Positions 36,492-45,855 of a DNA stretch of 64,000 bases are shown one piece after another. Numbering within the stretch: position 1 is the first letter of the stretch; each line of letters starts with the position of its first letter. Below the pieces are notes generated by a model. It was not told the DNA's origin. It did not search any database and saw only the letters and a list, made by a program, of their open reading frames with translations. The DNA is from an uncultured Bacillota bacterium. Lineage in GTDB: Bacteria; Bacillota; Clostridia; Acetivibrionales; DTU013. Made by a program: the position numbers and the translations under genes. The stretch is from contig OW818679.1 of the NCBI GenBank assembly GCA_942493145.1, forward strand, positions 1,623,552-1,687,551. Reading direction: 5' to 3'.

Positions 36492-37693
36492 GTAAAAAGT
36501 GAAAGTAATGAAAATACTGTTGCATATGGGAAGAGTGTAGAGTATGAGAAATTTTTAAATAGTACACCAGAAAAAATAGGGGTAATTATTTGTGCGGCCA
36601 TTGAAAAAGAGTAATAAAGTCCGGTATATTTACCAACATCTGAACTACTGCATATTTCAACAACCATGGGATAAGAGTTTACATTAATAAATGCCCATCC
36701 AATACCGGTGAAAATAAGCGCAATAATGATAAAAGGTGAGTATGCAGTAAATAAAGATTCAAAAAAGTATGAAATTGTCATAATAATAATACCAGCTATT
36801 ATAGTTCTCTTTCTGCCAATTTTGGTAGAAATGATACCTGCAGGTATATAACTGGCTAAAGCAGCAACAAAGGGATAGATTAATATAGTAGCAAATCCCC
36901 CTCCATCAAGCCCCCATATATTGACCGCATATCTTGAAAATGCAGTTGATACTGCATTAAAAGCGGTAAACCAAAGGAATACGGAAAACAGTATTAAATA
37001 TAGGCTTTTTTTGACGTCCTTTGGCAAACCTTCATTATCGGCTGATTTTCCTGAAATAGCATCTTCTGTAGCCGGATACTCTTCCAGCACCATATTGGAT
37101 AAAGATTTTTCTCGTACTACAATCACCAGAGTTACAACCGAAATTACCATTATTAATGCTACGAAAAAGAACAAAAGCGTGTAGTCGGGATGGTCTATCT
37201 TTGAAACTGAAAGACTTATTATTACAAGTACTATAATACTACCTAATGCTCCCATTAGGTTGATGATAGCATTGGCCTTGCTTCTTAAGGGCTTTGGTGT
37301 AAAATCGGTCATGAGTGCAACAGCAGGAGACCGATAGGACCCCATTGCAATCAAGACAATTCCTAATGCAACAATGAATAAAATAAAATTATCCTTCTGA
37401 TCTGCGAGAGGCAGAAGCAACATGGAAATGACTGCAAAGAATGTACCTATAATTATAAACAGGGTGCGTTTACCAAATCTGGAATTGCTTTTATCGGAAA
37501 TGGAGCCGAAAAGCGGAAGAAGAAACAGAGCCAATATATTATCGAACGCCATAATTGTACCTGTCATAATATCGTCTTTATTGAAAGTCTCGGTTAATAT
37601 CAAAGGTACAATAGTTTCATAAAGCTGCCAGAATGCGCAGATAGACAGGAATGCCAAACCAATAAAAAATGTTCTTTTATAGTTTAATTTCAT
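36458..37693 (-). CDS. MFS transporter
   Basis: 411 aa with 12 predicted TM helices. MFS loop motif SDKSNSRFGKRT is present. Confidence 0.8.
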   Translation of the reverse strand: MKLNYKRTFFIGLAFLSICAFWQLYETIVPLILTETFNKDDIMTGTIMAFDNILALFLLPLFGSISDKSNSRFGKRTLFIIIGTFFAVISMLLLPLADQKDNFILFIVALGIVLIAMGSYRSPAVALMTDFTPKPLRSKANAIINLMGALGSIIVLVIISLSVSKIDHPDYTLLFFFVALIMVISVVTLVIVVREKSLSNMVLEEYPATEDAISGKSADNEGLPKDVKKSLYLILFSVFLWFTAFNAVSTAFSRYAVNIWGLDGGGFATILIYPFVAALASYIPAGIISTKIGRKRTIIAGIIIMTISYFFESLFTAYSPFIIIALIFTGIGWAFINVNSYPMVVEICSSSDVGKYTGLYYSFSMAAQIITPIFSGVLFKNFSYSTLFPYATVFSLLSLFTMVFVRHGDSK

Positions 37694-38065
37694 CTAGCTT
37701 AACCTCTATTTATTATGTATTTTGTTTAGTAATTATTTTAATAACTATTAATCTATCTGCATGGACGATATCGTTAGATCGCGGTTTGATTTGATAATTA
37801 CAAAATTTACTTTACTCTTTTATTTTAGCGCTAAATAAAAGATTCAGCAAGTGATCTCCTCTTCGAATTTTATTTGCGATTGTGTTTATGAAGGTAGAAT
37901 AATTCTAACAATTAATATATAATTCGATTGTAAACAAGTGTTTTGTAACACTTCATTCTTGTTTATTATTCGCAGTGTTACAAATACACTTCCTTGATGT
38001 TGGCCTGCATATACTGAAGTTTAACTGTTACAGGCCATTAATCTAAAAAGTGGAGGTTTATGTTA

Positions 38066-39745
38066 ATGAAAAGATGTATTTTTATAATTGTGTGTTTTAT
38101 TCTATTGAACTTTTCAGGGGTAAGTGCTGAAGAAGTTATTACAGAGGTACCAAACGTAAAAATCATAATTAATGGTGAACAAAAGGTGTTCACTGATATG
38201 CCTATATCTGTAAATGGGCGGACTTTGCTGCCTTTAAGGCAGAGCTTGACTTATCTGGGTGTCCCAAACGATGACCAGCATATTATCTGGAACCAATCAG
38301 AAAAAAGTGTAACCGTAAAACATGGTAGCACAGAGATTTATTTAAAAGTATATGATGATAAAGCTAAGGTAAATGGAGCAGAAATTATCCTGTCTGCTGC
38401 CTCAACCATATATAAGGGACGTACCTACATACCTGCAAGGTTTGTTGCAGAAGCATTAAATATGAGAGTAACATGGGATGATAAATATCCGGCTGTTTAT
38501 ATAGCTGAGGAAAAAACTTATAATCAAGTCAAGTTAATCCTGGATAAAGTTTTGGCTGAAACGAAAAATCTAAAGGATACTTCTTATACCGTAAACTATG
38601 ATATGGACGTGAAACTGGAAGGAAACATCCCAAAGGATCTTTCAGAAACATCTGAAAGACATGTTGGTTCTGATACCATGGAATGTGATTTTATCAGCGG
38701 TGTAACACATTACTTGCTGGGTGCCCGGACGGGGTTTGAATTTATAGAATCAACCATGCCTTTGGCTGAAGAAGGATATAGTACGAATGATTTTTCTTAT
38801 ATTAAATATAAAGGGTATCAATGGTCAAAGAGTGAATTAACCGATAACGCATCATTTTCATATTCTACAGAAACCGGTTCTAAAGCTCCTCGTTCAAGCC
38901 AAATAATTCTGAATAGTTTGAATGGTGTTGTTGGGGATACTCAGTATGCCGGATTGAAGATTAACGACGCATTATCAAATGGTGATGAAGTTGTTTTAGA
39001 GGGAGATATATTTTCTGAATATGTAATGAACAAGATATCATCAGTCATTCCTATCGGTAAACTCGGAGCTCAGGCGTCAATAGCAATGTTGTTTGGCGGA
39101 GAAGTGAAAAGTTCAATCTTTAAAACAGAAATTTTTGTTGATTTAAAAAGCAACACAATAAAGAAAATAGAGTTTACACCAAATATCAAGTATGAAATTG
39201 CCTCCGGGGGGGATCCACTTTTTATAATACTCAGTGGGAAAATAACGCATGATTACTCATTATACAATAATGGATTAAATCTGAAAGTTCCGGATGAAGT
39301 TATTAAAAACAGTACCAATGGAGTGCTGGTGGAAGATGTACCTGTGTCGCAAGTGATTACCGACCGTAATTCTTCAGAGGATTATGAAAAAATTGAACTT
39401 TCTGACACATTAGATGAAGTTATTAAAACTCTTGGTCAAGGTACGAAGGTATCTTCAGATACTGCGGATTATTATACCTGGGGAAATACCGACAGTAATT
39501 CATATATTGAGATATCTTTTGTAGATGGTCAGGTACAGAGCATGGGCTGTGTTGGCGATTACCAAATAGACAAATATCAATTGATTGATTTAAAAATGTC
39601 CTTTGATGAGGTAGCCGGGATTCTGGGACAAGGGAAAAAATCGAGAACCGAAGTGTCCGACTATTACGAGTGGAAGTATTCAAATGGGAAAACGATTCAA
39701 ATAGAGGTAATCAATAATATAGTAACCGGTAAAAGCGAATTTTGA
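38066..39745 (+). CDS. Secreted protein with copper amine oxidase N-terminal (stalk) domain and two C-terminal ~55-aa repeat modules
   Basis: Signal peptide, then INGEQKVFTDMPISVNGRTLLPLRQSLTYLGV ... YKGRTYIPARFVAEALNMRVTWD. ATG at 38066 is preferred (RBS ggagg 9 nt upstream). Confidence 0.75.
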   Translation: MKRCIFIIVCFILLNFSGVSAEEVITEVPNVKIIINGEQKVFTDMPISVNGRTLLPLRQSLTYLGVPNDDQHIIWNQSEKSVTVKHGSTEIYLKVYDDKAKVNGAEIILSAASTIYKGRTYIPARFVAEALNMRVTWDDKYPAVYIAEEKTYNQVKLILDKVLAETKNLKDTSYTVNYDMDVKLEGNIPKDLSETSERHVGSDTMECDFISGVTHYLLGARTGFEFIESTMPLAEEGYSTNDFSYIKYKGYQWSKSELTDNASFSYSTETGSKAPRSSQIILNSLNGVVGDTQYAGLKINDALSNGDEVVLEGDIFSEYVMNKISSVIPIGKLGAQASIAMLFGGEVKSSIFKTEIFVDLKSNTIKKIEFTPNIKYEIASGGDPLFIILSGKITHDYSLYNNGLNLKVPDEVIKNSTNGVLVEDVPVSQVITDRNSSEDYEKIELSDTLDEVIKTLGQGTKVSSDTADYYTWGNTDSNSYIEISFVDGQVQSMGCVGDYQIDKYQLIDLKMSFDEVAGILGQGKKSRTEVSDYYEWKYSNGKTIQIEVINNIVTGKSEF

Positions 39746-39768
39746 AATCTATAATATAAAGGTAAAAC

Positions 39769-40026
39769 CTATTTCTTTAACTTTTTACGACGATGGAGCC
39801 AGCTTGCGATAATAGTGAGGATGACGCCTATGACGAATGAGCAGAGAATTATAATGATCATAGGGGCATCAAGCTTTGTGAATATGAGATTTATATTGAC
39901 TTTTTGGGTGTTAATGGCGGAAAAAGCTATTATCAGAGCCAATAAAATTATAACTACGATCATCTGCCAGCTAAACTTCATACGTGAAGTGTTGCCTGAT
40001 TGACGTGTATTTGTATCCTGCGTCAT
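39769..40026 (-). CDS. LapA-domain (DUF1049) small membrane protein
   Basis: 85 aa with two TM helices flanking INTQKVNINLIFTKLDAPM and a basic tail RRKKLKK. Confidence 0.6.
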   Translation of the reverse strand: MTQDTNTRQSGNTSRMKFSWQMIVVIILLALIIAFSAINTQKVNINLIFTKLDAPMIIIILCSFVIGVILTIIASWLHRRKKLKK

Positions 40027-40126
40027 GTTGGTTTGCCTCCATCTATAATAGAATTATACATCTTATTATATACCATAAAATTTTGTAAAAGTAATATATT
40101 TTTATTTGACGAAATGCTGTTGCCGA

Positions 40127-41221
40127 TTATTTTTTTCTGTATTCTGCAATTAATAAGTCAACCATTCTTCCATAGCTGAAAACGCCGTCAGTTTGCCTAT
40201 TAGCCTTTAGATAAGCATCGTTGAGTGATGTGATAGTATTTTCCACCGGCCCTTTATGTCTCTGCCAATAAAGATCATTATCATGCAGATCTTTCTTTAC
40301 TCCTTCACTTATTCTTTTATTCAAATCAAAATATCTGGCTTTGTCGTGATCATACAATGCATTCATTGAGTTAATTAATGCCAGCATGGTACCTGAATAT
40401 TGAAAATCAACGTTGGGATTCAGGTTGCAGGTAAGATAAGAGATGTAGTTTGCCTCATCCTCCCGGGCAAATCCATGCTGATGAGCTAATTCATGACAAA
40501 CAGTTGAAGGAATGGAATAGCTGGGGATATCTACGTTAATATTTACTTCGCAGGTAAATGGACAGTATAATCCTATAATACCCGAATATGACATGGCTTT
40601 GGAAAAGATAACACTCTTGGGACTACCGTAGTTGCCGGAAAAAGCAGGGTATGTTTTTGCTGCCCTTTCATAGCCCTGGGTTGCCTTGTTAAATACTCCG
40701 GAATGGCCTTCAGGAAGAAACATAATGCCTTTGGAATTTTGATGGATTGAACTTCTCAGGGTATTTGTCTGGTTTATAAGGCTATCACATAAATTACTCA
40801 GTTCATCGACTGAAGCAGGATGTGTGTCCAGACCTGCAATTTCAGCAAAGGGAAGCCTGTTGTAGTTCAAAGACCAGGATATGGTAAGTATAAAATATAT
40901 AACACTAACAGTAATTAAAATATCTATTAAGAAGTTGAGCAAGCTTTTTGGTTTACCGGATTTCTGCCTGATTACCTTTATGATTCTCCGGATGATTATA
41001 ATCAAGGCAATGATCGAAAGAACTATTAACCCTACCTCTGCAATGGAAAAGGGAACCAATCCCGTTAATTGACTAATTATCTCAATGAACAGTTTGTTAA
41101 TACCTCTTGAGTATATATTTTCAATGATATGCGGTATAAAAGACGTACTGTAAAACAGGAGCATACTTAAAGGGAAGAGTAAAATGAGTAGAATCTTTTT
41201 TGGGTACCTTTTTATTTTCAT
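40127..41221 (-). CDS. DUF3810-like membrane-anchored putative zinc metallopeptidase
   Basis: N-terminal TM helices are followed by a domain with an HExxH motif (CHELAHQHGF). ATG at 41221 with RBS ggagtgg. Confidence 0.6.
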   Translation of the reverse strand: MKIKRYPKKILLILLFPLSMLLFYSTSFIPHIIENIYSRGINKLFIEIISQLTGLVPFSIAEVGLIVLSIIALIIIIRRIIKVIRQKSGKPKSLLNFLIDILITVSVIYFILTISWSLNYNRLPFAEIAGLDTHPASVDELSNLCDSLINQTNTLRSSIHQNSKGIMFLPEGHSGVFNKATQGYERAAKTYPAFSGNYGSPKSVIFSKAMSYSGIIGLYCPFTCEVNINVDIPSYSIPSTVCHELAHQHGFAREDEANYISYLTCNLNPNVDFQYSGTMLALINSMNALYDHDKARYFDLNKRISEGVKKDLHDNDLYWQRHKGPVENTITSLNDAYLKANRQTDGVFSYGRMVDLLIAEYRKK

Positions 41222-41529
41222 GTAGTTAACCACTCCAGGTATTAATTATAAAACGATAAAGCTAAGCTTTTAAATTATGGAGTAATCTGCGCATTGGTCA
41301 ATCACAAAATTTTATAATTTAGTGATTGAATTATAACATAAATTCCACCCCTGCGGGATACATTGAGTTAATTAATTCGGGGTTAAGATGTTATAATGAA
41401 TTATATAAAATCTCAGATATTGTTACAACGGCGGAAATAAGACATAGTAGCGTATGAGTCGGAAAATGGCTAAATTTAAGGCATTGTGCAGGACGGGATT
41501 TAAATTTACACTTAATGTCAAACATTTAA

Positions 41530-41558
41530 TTGACGATAATTAAATATGATGTTATAAT
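41530..41558 (+). promoter_or_regulatory. Sigma-A promoter of the solute-binding-protein gene
   Basis: TTGACG, a 17-nt spacer, then TATAAT with an upstream TG (tgtTATAAT). It is embedded in the repeated 16-mer gatgttataatgaatt. Confidence 0.65.
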
Positions 41559-41672
41559 GAATTCGTTGTGATGCGTATTATAACTCAACTAAATTATACT
41601 TTAATTCCCTGGTGCTAAAACTCATGTACCGGAGGAAGGTTAGTAAATGCTGAAATGAAAAGGGGGATATCA

Positions 41673-43190
41673 ATGATGAAAATTCTCAACAAGGTTTTGG
41701 CAATGGTGCTAGTTGTTGTTTTTGTTTTTGCTATGGTAGGATGCGGTTCCAGTTCATCGGTAAACAATAACCAGCCAACCACTCCGACAAATGCAGATGC
41801 TTCCTCTTTGCCGGAAAAAACCACTGATTCTGGCGAAAAAGTAACGGTTACCTGGGCTACTCTGGCTGGCTTCTATACCGACTGGGCAAAAGGCCTTGCG
41901 GATGAATTCACAAAAAAGACGGGAAACGAAGTAAAAATTGTTGAAATGGATTTGCCGACGATGTATGAAAAAGAGGTTCTTGACATCGTAGGCGGTACTG
42001 GTACATATGACATCATAACCTGGAATGTTTCATGGAAGGGTGAATGGTGTAATGCAGGTTACGTTTATCCGCTGGACGACTTTATCAAGCGTGACAATGC
42101 CACTTACAAGGTTGAAGACATTTCCGAAGCATTGCTGAATGTATCCGGTGTGTGGAAAGGGGTAACTTACGGTCTTCCCTACTACACTTTCACGCCAGGC
42201 CAGTTCTATCGTGTGGACCTTTTTGAGGATGAAACGGAAAAGGCTGCATTCAAGGCAAAATACAGTTACGATCTTGATATCCCAAAAACATATGACCAAA
42301 TGTCCGACATTGCGCAATTCTTTACACGTAAAGCCGGAGACACCCTGAAAGGGGAGAAACTGACCAAGGACTTTTACGGAATTGGCTTGATGGCCGGCCG
42401 CTATGGAAACATATTTGATGAAATCAACACAATCGCTTGGACCTTGGGTGGTGATGTCATCAAGGATGACGGTTCGGCAGGTGTTAATGATAAGAACTAT
42501 CTTGATGCTGTTAACATGTACTGTAAAAAGCTGCTTCCATATGCACCGGCAGGCTCTCTAAGCGGTTCTTACGACTTTGTTGTAGGGCAATTCAATTCTG
42601 GTATGATAGCTATGACCGGTCCGATGTACTTGGATCAATGGCCTAATGCAGTATTGGTTGAGAAGAATATCCCCGGTTCCGAGGCTGGGTGCGCCGGGCT
42701 TCCCGGTGGTGGCAAAACCTGGGCAGGCGCTTTTACATTAGGAATTGCAAAAACCACCAAGAATGCAGAACAAGCCTGGCAGTTCCTGAGTTATATTACC
42801 GGACCTGAGGCGCAGAAGAAGTTTGCTGAAGGCGGCGGGAGTACAACAAGGATGAGCATCTTAAAGGATAAAGAATTCTATACAAGCCATCGTGAACAAG
42901 CTGGTCACTTCCCGGTACTCGTAAACATTCTTGATGATTCTGCAAAGAATTGGTATACGAATTACATCCATATTCCACAAGGCGCCAAGATTTATGAAGA
43001 AGCGCCGACCTGGCTTTCGGCTGCTGCAAGTGGTGAAATGACTCCTGAAGCAGCAATGGATGGCTTTGCTAAGAAGATTAATGAAATGACGGGTGGCAAA
43101 GCGGTAATCAGCAATGAAGGCTTCACAAAACCGTCCGGCTCTTCAGATTATGTATTCGACAAGAGCACTCAGGTCCGTAAACCTAAGTAA
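41673..43190 (+). CDS. ABC transporter extracellular solute-binding lipoprotein (family 1, CUT1 sugar type)
   Basis: Signal peptide with lipobox MVGCGSS. About 500 aa with a typical SBP_bac_1 composition. ATG at 41673 with RBS aaggggg. Confidence 0.85.
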   Translation: MMKILNKVLAMVLVVVFVFAMVGCGSSSSVNNNQPTTPTNADASSLPEKTTDSGEKVTVTWATLAGFYTDWAKGLADEFTKKTGNEVKIVEMDLPTMYEKEVLDIVGGTGTYDIITWNVSWKGEWCNAGYVYPLDDFIKRDNATYKVEDISEALLNVSGVWKGVTYGLPYYTFTPGQFYRVDLFEDETEKAAFKAKYSYDLDIPKTYDQMSDIAQFFTRKAGDTLKGEKLTKDFYGIGLMAGRYGNIFDEINTIAWTLGGDVIKDDGSAGVNDKNYLDAVNMYCKKLLPYAPAGSLSGSYDFVVGQFNSGMIAMTGPMYLDQWPNAVLVEKNIPGSEAGCAGLPGGGKTWAGAFTLGIAKTTKNAEQAWQFLSYITGPEAQKKFAEGGGSTTRMSILKDKEFYTSHREQAGHFPVLVNILDDSAKNWYTNYIHIPQGAKIYEEAPTWLSAAASGEMTPEAAMDGFAKKINEMTGGKAVISNEGFTKPSGSSDYVFDKSTQVRKPK

Positions 43191-43256
43191 CACAAGTTTC
43201 CCATAGCTCTTGAGAATCTTTTATGATGGGAAGGTCACATAAACAACTTGAAAACT

Positions 43257-43288
43257 GAAGGTGGAAAGAAAATCTTCTTTCCACCTTC
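43257..43288 (+). terminator. Hairpin after the SBP gene
   Basis: gaaggtggaaagaa / aatc / ttctttccaccttc forms a perfect 14-bp stem. The tail is weak. Confidence 0.55.
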
Positions 43289-43322
43289 TAATCCAATAGT
43301 AGAGTGCTGGCAAAGTAAATAC

Positions 43323-43351
43323 TTGACCAGTATTCATAATGACTTTATAAT
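43323..43351 (+). promoter_or_regulatory. Sigma-A promoter of GntR paralog 1
   Basis: TTGACC, a 17-nt spacer, then TATAAT. Confidence 0.55.
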
Positions 43352-43445
43352 AAATTTATAAGATTACAAATTTAACTTGAATGAAATATATAATCCGTTT
43401 TTAGCTGGATTATATATTTTATTTTTAAGGAAGGATGGGAACGTT

Positions 43446-44168
43446 ATTACTACTGGTGCTCCATTGTATTACAAAGTATATAATGCATTAAGAAACAAAA
43501 TTGAGGCGGGAGAATTCTCAAAAGGCGATTTATTGCCTACTGAACTCGAATTGGAAAATTTATTCAAAGTGAGTAGGATAACGATACGAAAAGCTATTGA
43601 AATGCTCTCTAACGAAGGTTTTGTTGCAACAAGACAGGGTAAGGGTACAGAGGTACTTGATCCAAAAACTACGCAGAAATTGAATAGTGTTACCTCCTTT
43701 TCTGAGACCCTGTTGGAAAAAGGTTATAATGTTTCATCAAAGAATGTACAGATTGAACTTATAAAACCTCCTGGCCGCGTGGCTTCAGAACTCAAAATCG
43801 ACCTTGACACTGAAGTTGTTAGAGTTTACAGAATCAGGCTGGCTAATGATAAGCCGATAGCAATTATGATTAATTATTTACGGGCAGAAATGGTCCCGGG
43901 AATAGAAAGTAAGATTAATATGGCTGATTCTCTTTATCGCTTTTTGGAGACTGAGTATAATATTGTATTTGACAGTGCTGTTGAGAATATAGGTGCCAGA
44001 GCGGCAGGTACTACAGAGGCTGAAATGCTTCAAATACCCGAAGGGGCACCTTTGATTACAAGCAGGAGGGTCACTTCCGCTGATGGTAAACCCATTGAAG
44101 TTGTTGTCTCAAGTATAGTAGCAGATAAATATGAGTACAAGGTTTTTCTAAAAGGCAGACCGGCATAA
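43446..44168 (+). CDS. GntR/HutC-family transcriptional regulator (winged HTH + UTRA), paralog 1
   Basis: PLYYKVYNALRNKIEAGEF...LPTELELENLFKVSRITIRKAIEMLSNEGFVATRQGKGTEV followed by a UTRA domain. The proposed ATT start at 43446 lies behind SD aaggaagga. The track TTG at 43377 has no RBS and would translate through the SD. Confidence 0.75.
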   Translation: MTTGAPLYYKVYNALRNKIEAGEFSKGDLLPTELELENLFKVSRITIRKAIEMLSNEGFVATRQGKGTEVLDPKTTQKLNSVTSFSETLLEKGYNVSSKNVQIELIKPPGRVASELKIDLDTEVVRVYRIRLANDKPIAIMINYLRAEMVPGIESKINMADSLYRFLETEYNIVFDSAVENIGARAAGTTEAEMLQIPEGAPLITSRRVTSADGKPIEVVVSSIVADKYEYKVFLKGRPA

Positions 44169-44206
44169 TTAAAACAAATTAGAAATTGAATACTGGAAAA
44201 ATTAGC

Positions 44207-44252
44207 TTGAATAAAAAACATTATGATGTTATAATGAATTATGACATCATAA
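44207..44252 (+). promoter_or_regulatory. Sigma-A promoter of GntR paralog 2 bracketed by a 9-bp inverted repeat (operator candidate)
   Basis: TTGAAT, a 17-nt spacer, then TATAAT. The inverted repeat is ttatgatgt (44221..44229) / acatcataa (44244..44252) with the -10 box in the 14-nt spacer. Confidence 0.55.
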
Positions 44253-44302
44253 TGTTTTTTTGCTTAATTAGCAACTAAATCTAATGGAGAGGATGGAGTG
44301 CT

Positions 44303-45025
44303 ATTTCTACAAGTGCACCGCTGTATCATAAGGTATATAGCTCTTTAAGAAACAAAATAGAAGTTGGAGAATATATAAAAGGCGATTTTCTTCCGACCGA
44401 GCAAGAATTACAAAATCAATTTAACGTAAGCAGAATAACAATTAGAAAAGCAGTAGAAATTCTGTCAAATGAAGGTTTTGTAGCTACAAGACAGGGTAAG
44501 GGCACCGAAGTTCTTGATCCAAAGACAACGCAGAAATTAAATTATGTCACTTCATTTACAGAAACTTTATCGGAAAAAGGTTATAATGTTTCATCGGAAA
44601 ACGTGCAGGTAGATTTTATTAAGCCACCCAGCCGTGTGGCTTCTGAACTCAAAATTGATCAAAATACTTATGTAGTAAGGATATACAGAATAAGACTGGC
44701 TAATGACATACCTATTGCGATTATGATCAATTATTTATCGGCGGAAATAGTTCCGGGGATTGAAAAGAAAATCAAATTGATTGGTTCTCTTTACCGCTTT
44801 TTAGAGTCGGAATATAATATCGTAATCGATTGCGCAGTTGAAAATATCGGAGCCAGATCTGCGGGTGTCACTGAAGTGGAAATGCTTCAGGTATCTGAGG
44901 GTACACCACTTCTCACCAGTAGACGCATTACCTTCAGTAACGGTAAACCTATAGAAGTTGTAATATCCAGTATTGTCGCTGATAGATACGAGTATAACGT
45001 GTTCCTGAATGGAAGGCCGGGTTAG
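44303..45025 (+). CDS. GntR/HutC-family transcriptional regulator, paralog 2 (full length, missed by the ORF track)
   Basis: The frame is open from the stop at 44282..44284 to 45025 and is colinear with paralog 1 over 240 codons. The only ATG/GTG/TTG codon is at 44603. A conserved ATT at 44303 lies behind SD ggagagga. Confidence 0.65.
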   Translation: MSTSAPLYHKVYSSLRNKIEVGEYIKGDFLPTEQELQNQFNVSRITIRKAVEILSNEGFVATRQGKGTEVLDPKTTQKLNYVTSFTETLSEKGYNVSSENVQVDFIKPPSRVASELKIDQNTYVVRIYRIRLANDIPIAIMINYLSAEIVPGIEKKIKLIGSLYRFLESEYNIVIDCAVENIGARSAGVTEVEMLQVSEGTPLLTSRRITFSNGKPIEVVISSIVADRYEYNVFLNGRPG

Positions 45026-45105
45026 AATAAACAGTGTTTTTAGTTAATCGTGCATTTAATACACCTATAAATATATATCTAAATTATGAATAGGAGGGTC
45101 ATAAC

Positions 45106-45834
45106 ATGATAAAAAAAGAAGATTGGGGTTTTACTAATCCTGTTGTTTCTGATTTGTACGGCAGGCCTCCCCTGGTATGGAAAGATATGGATGTACATCT
45201 GGTCGTTTACGAAACGGATATTGAGAACATTGAAAAGGTGGTACCGGAGCCTTTGAAGGTAAGAACCAATAAAGTTATCGTATGGCATTCCCAGTTTACA
45301 CTTGGAACAACGCAGGGGTCTTTTAAGGAAACTGCAATCTATGTGCAGGTTGAACATAACGGCATCGAGGGTGATTACGAACCGTTTTTATACGTAAACA
45401 ACCATTTGCCGCTGACTGCAGGACGTGAAATTTGGGGATATCAGAAAAAGATGGCGAGCATTGAAATCGTTCCCGAGATGGAAGCGGTAAGAGCTCAGAC
45501 TGACCGTTTAGGGCATGAGATAGTCAAAGCCCTTGTAGTACCCAGGTATGAAGCGGAAATGAGTGAAGTACCCTGGAGTAGTGAGGGGGTTTATTCATTA
45601 AAGTATATTCCAAGCGCGGAAGAAGGCGGAGAGCCTGTAAGAGAGCTTGTGCTCACCGCTGGCAAGTTTACTGCCCAGGAAGGAAAATTCTTCGGTGGTC
45701 CTGCTTCTGTCAAATTTGAAAGGTCCGAAATAGACCCTACATATATACTGGAACCCAAAAAGATCCTTGGCGGCTTCTATGGAAAAGGTGACCTTTATCT
45801 GCCTTTTGGCAAGATCGTACACAATTATAAATAA
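45106..45834 (+). CDS. Acetoacetate decarboxylase (ADC) family protein
   Basis: 242 aa. VVPEPL and GREIWGYQKK align with C. acetobutylicum Adc VVPEPL / GRELSAYPKK, the block that contains the Schiff-base Lys. RBS aggaggg is present. Confidence 0.75.
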   Translation: MIKKEDWGFTNPVVSDLYGRPPLVWKDMDVHLVVYETDIENIEKVVPEPLKVRTNKVIVWHSQFTLGTTQGSFKETAIYVQVEHNGIEGDYEPFLYVNNHLPLTAGREIWGYQKKMASIEIVPEMEAVRAQTDRLGHEIVKALVVPRYEAEMSEVPWSSEGVYSLKYIPSAEEGGEPVRELVLTAGKFTAQEGKFFGGPASVKFERSEIDPTYILEPKKILGGFYGKGDLYLPFGKIVHNYK

Positions 45835-45855
45835 ATTATACATAAGGTGGATATT

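Noticed and set aside
44284-44331. Short ATG-initiated uORFs overlapping the GntR start regions (44284..44331, and the ATG at 43435 in paralog 1)
   Set aside because: The ATGs sit inside the SD-like purine run, lie in different frames in the two paralogs, and encode unrelated peptides. They are most likely incidental rather than a conserved leader peptide.
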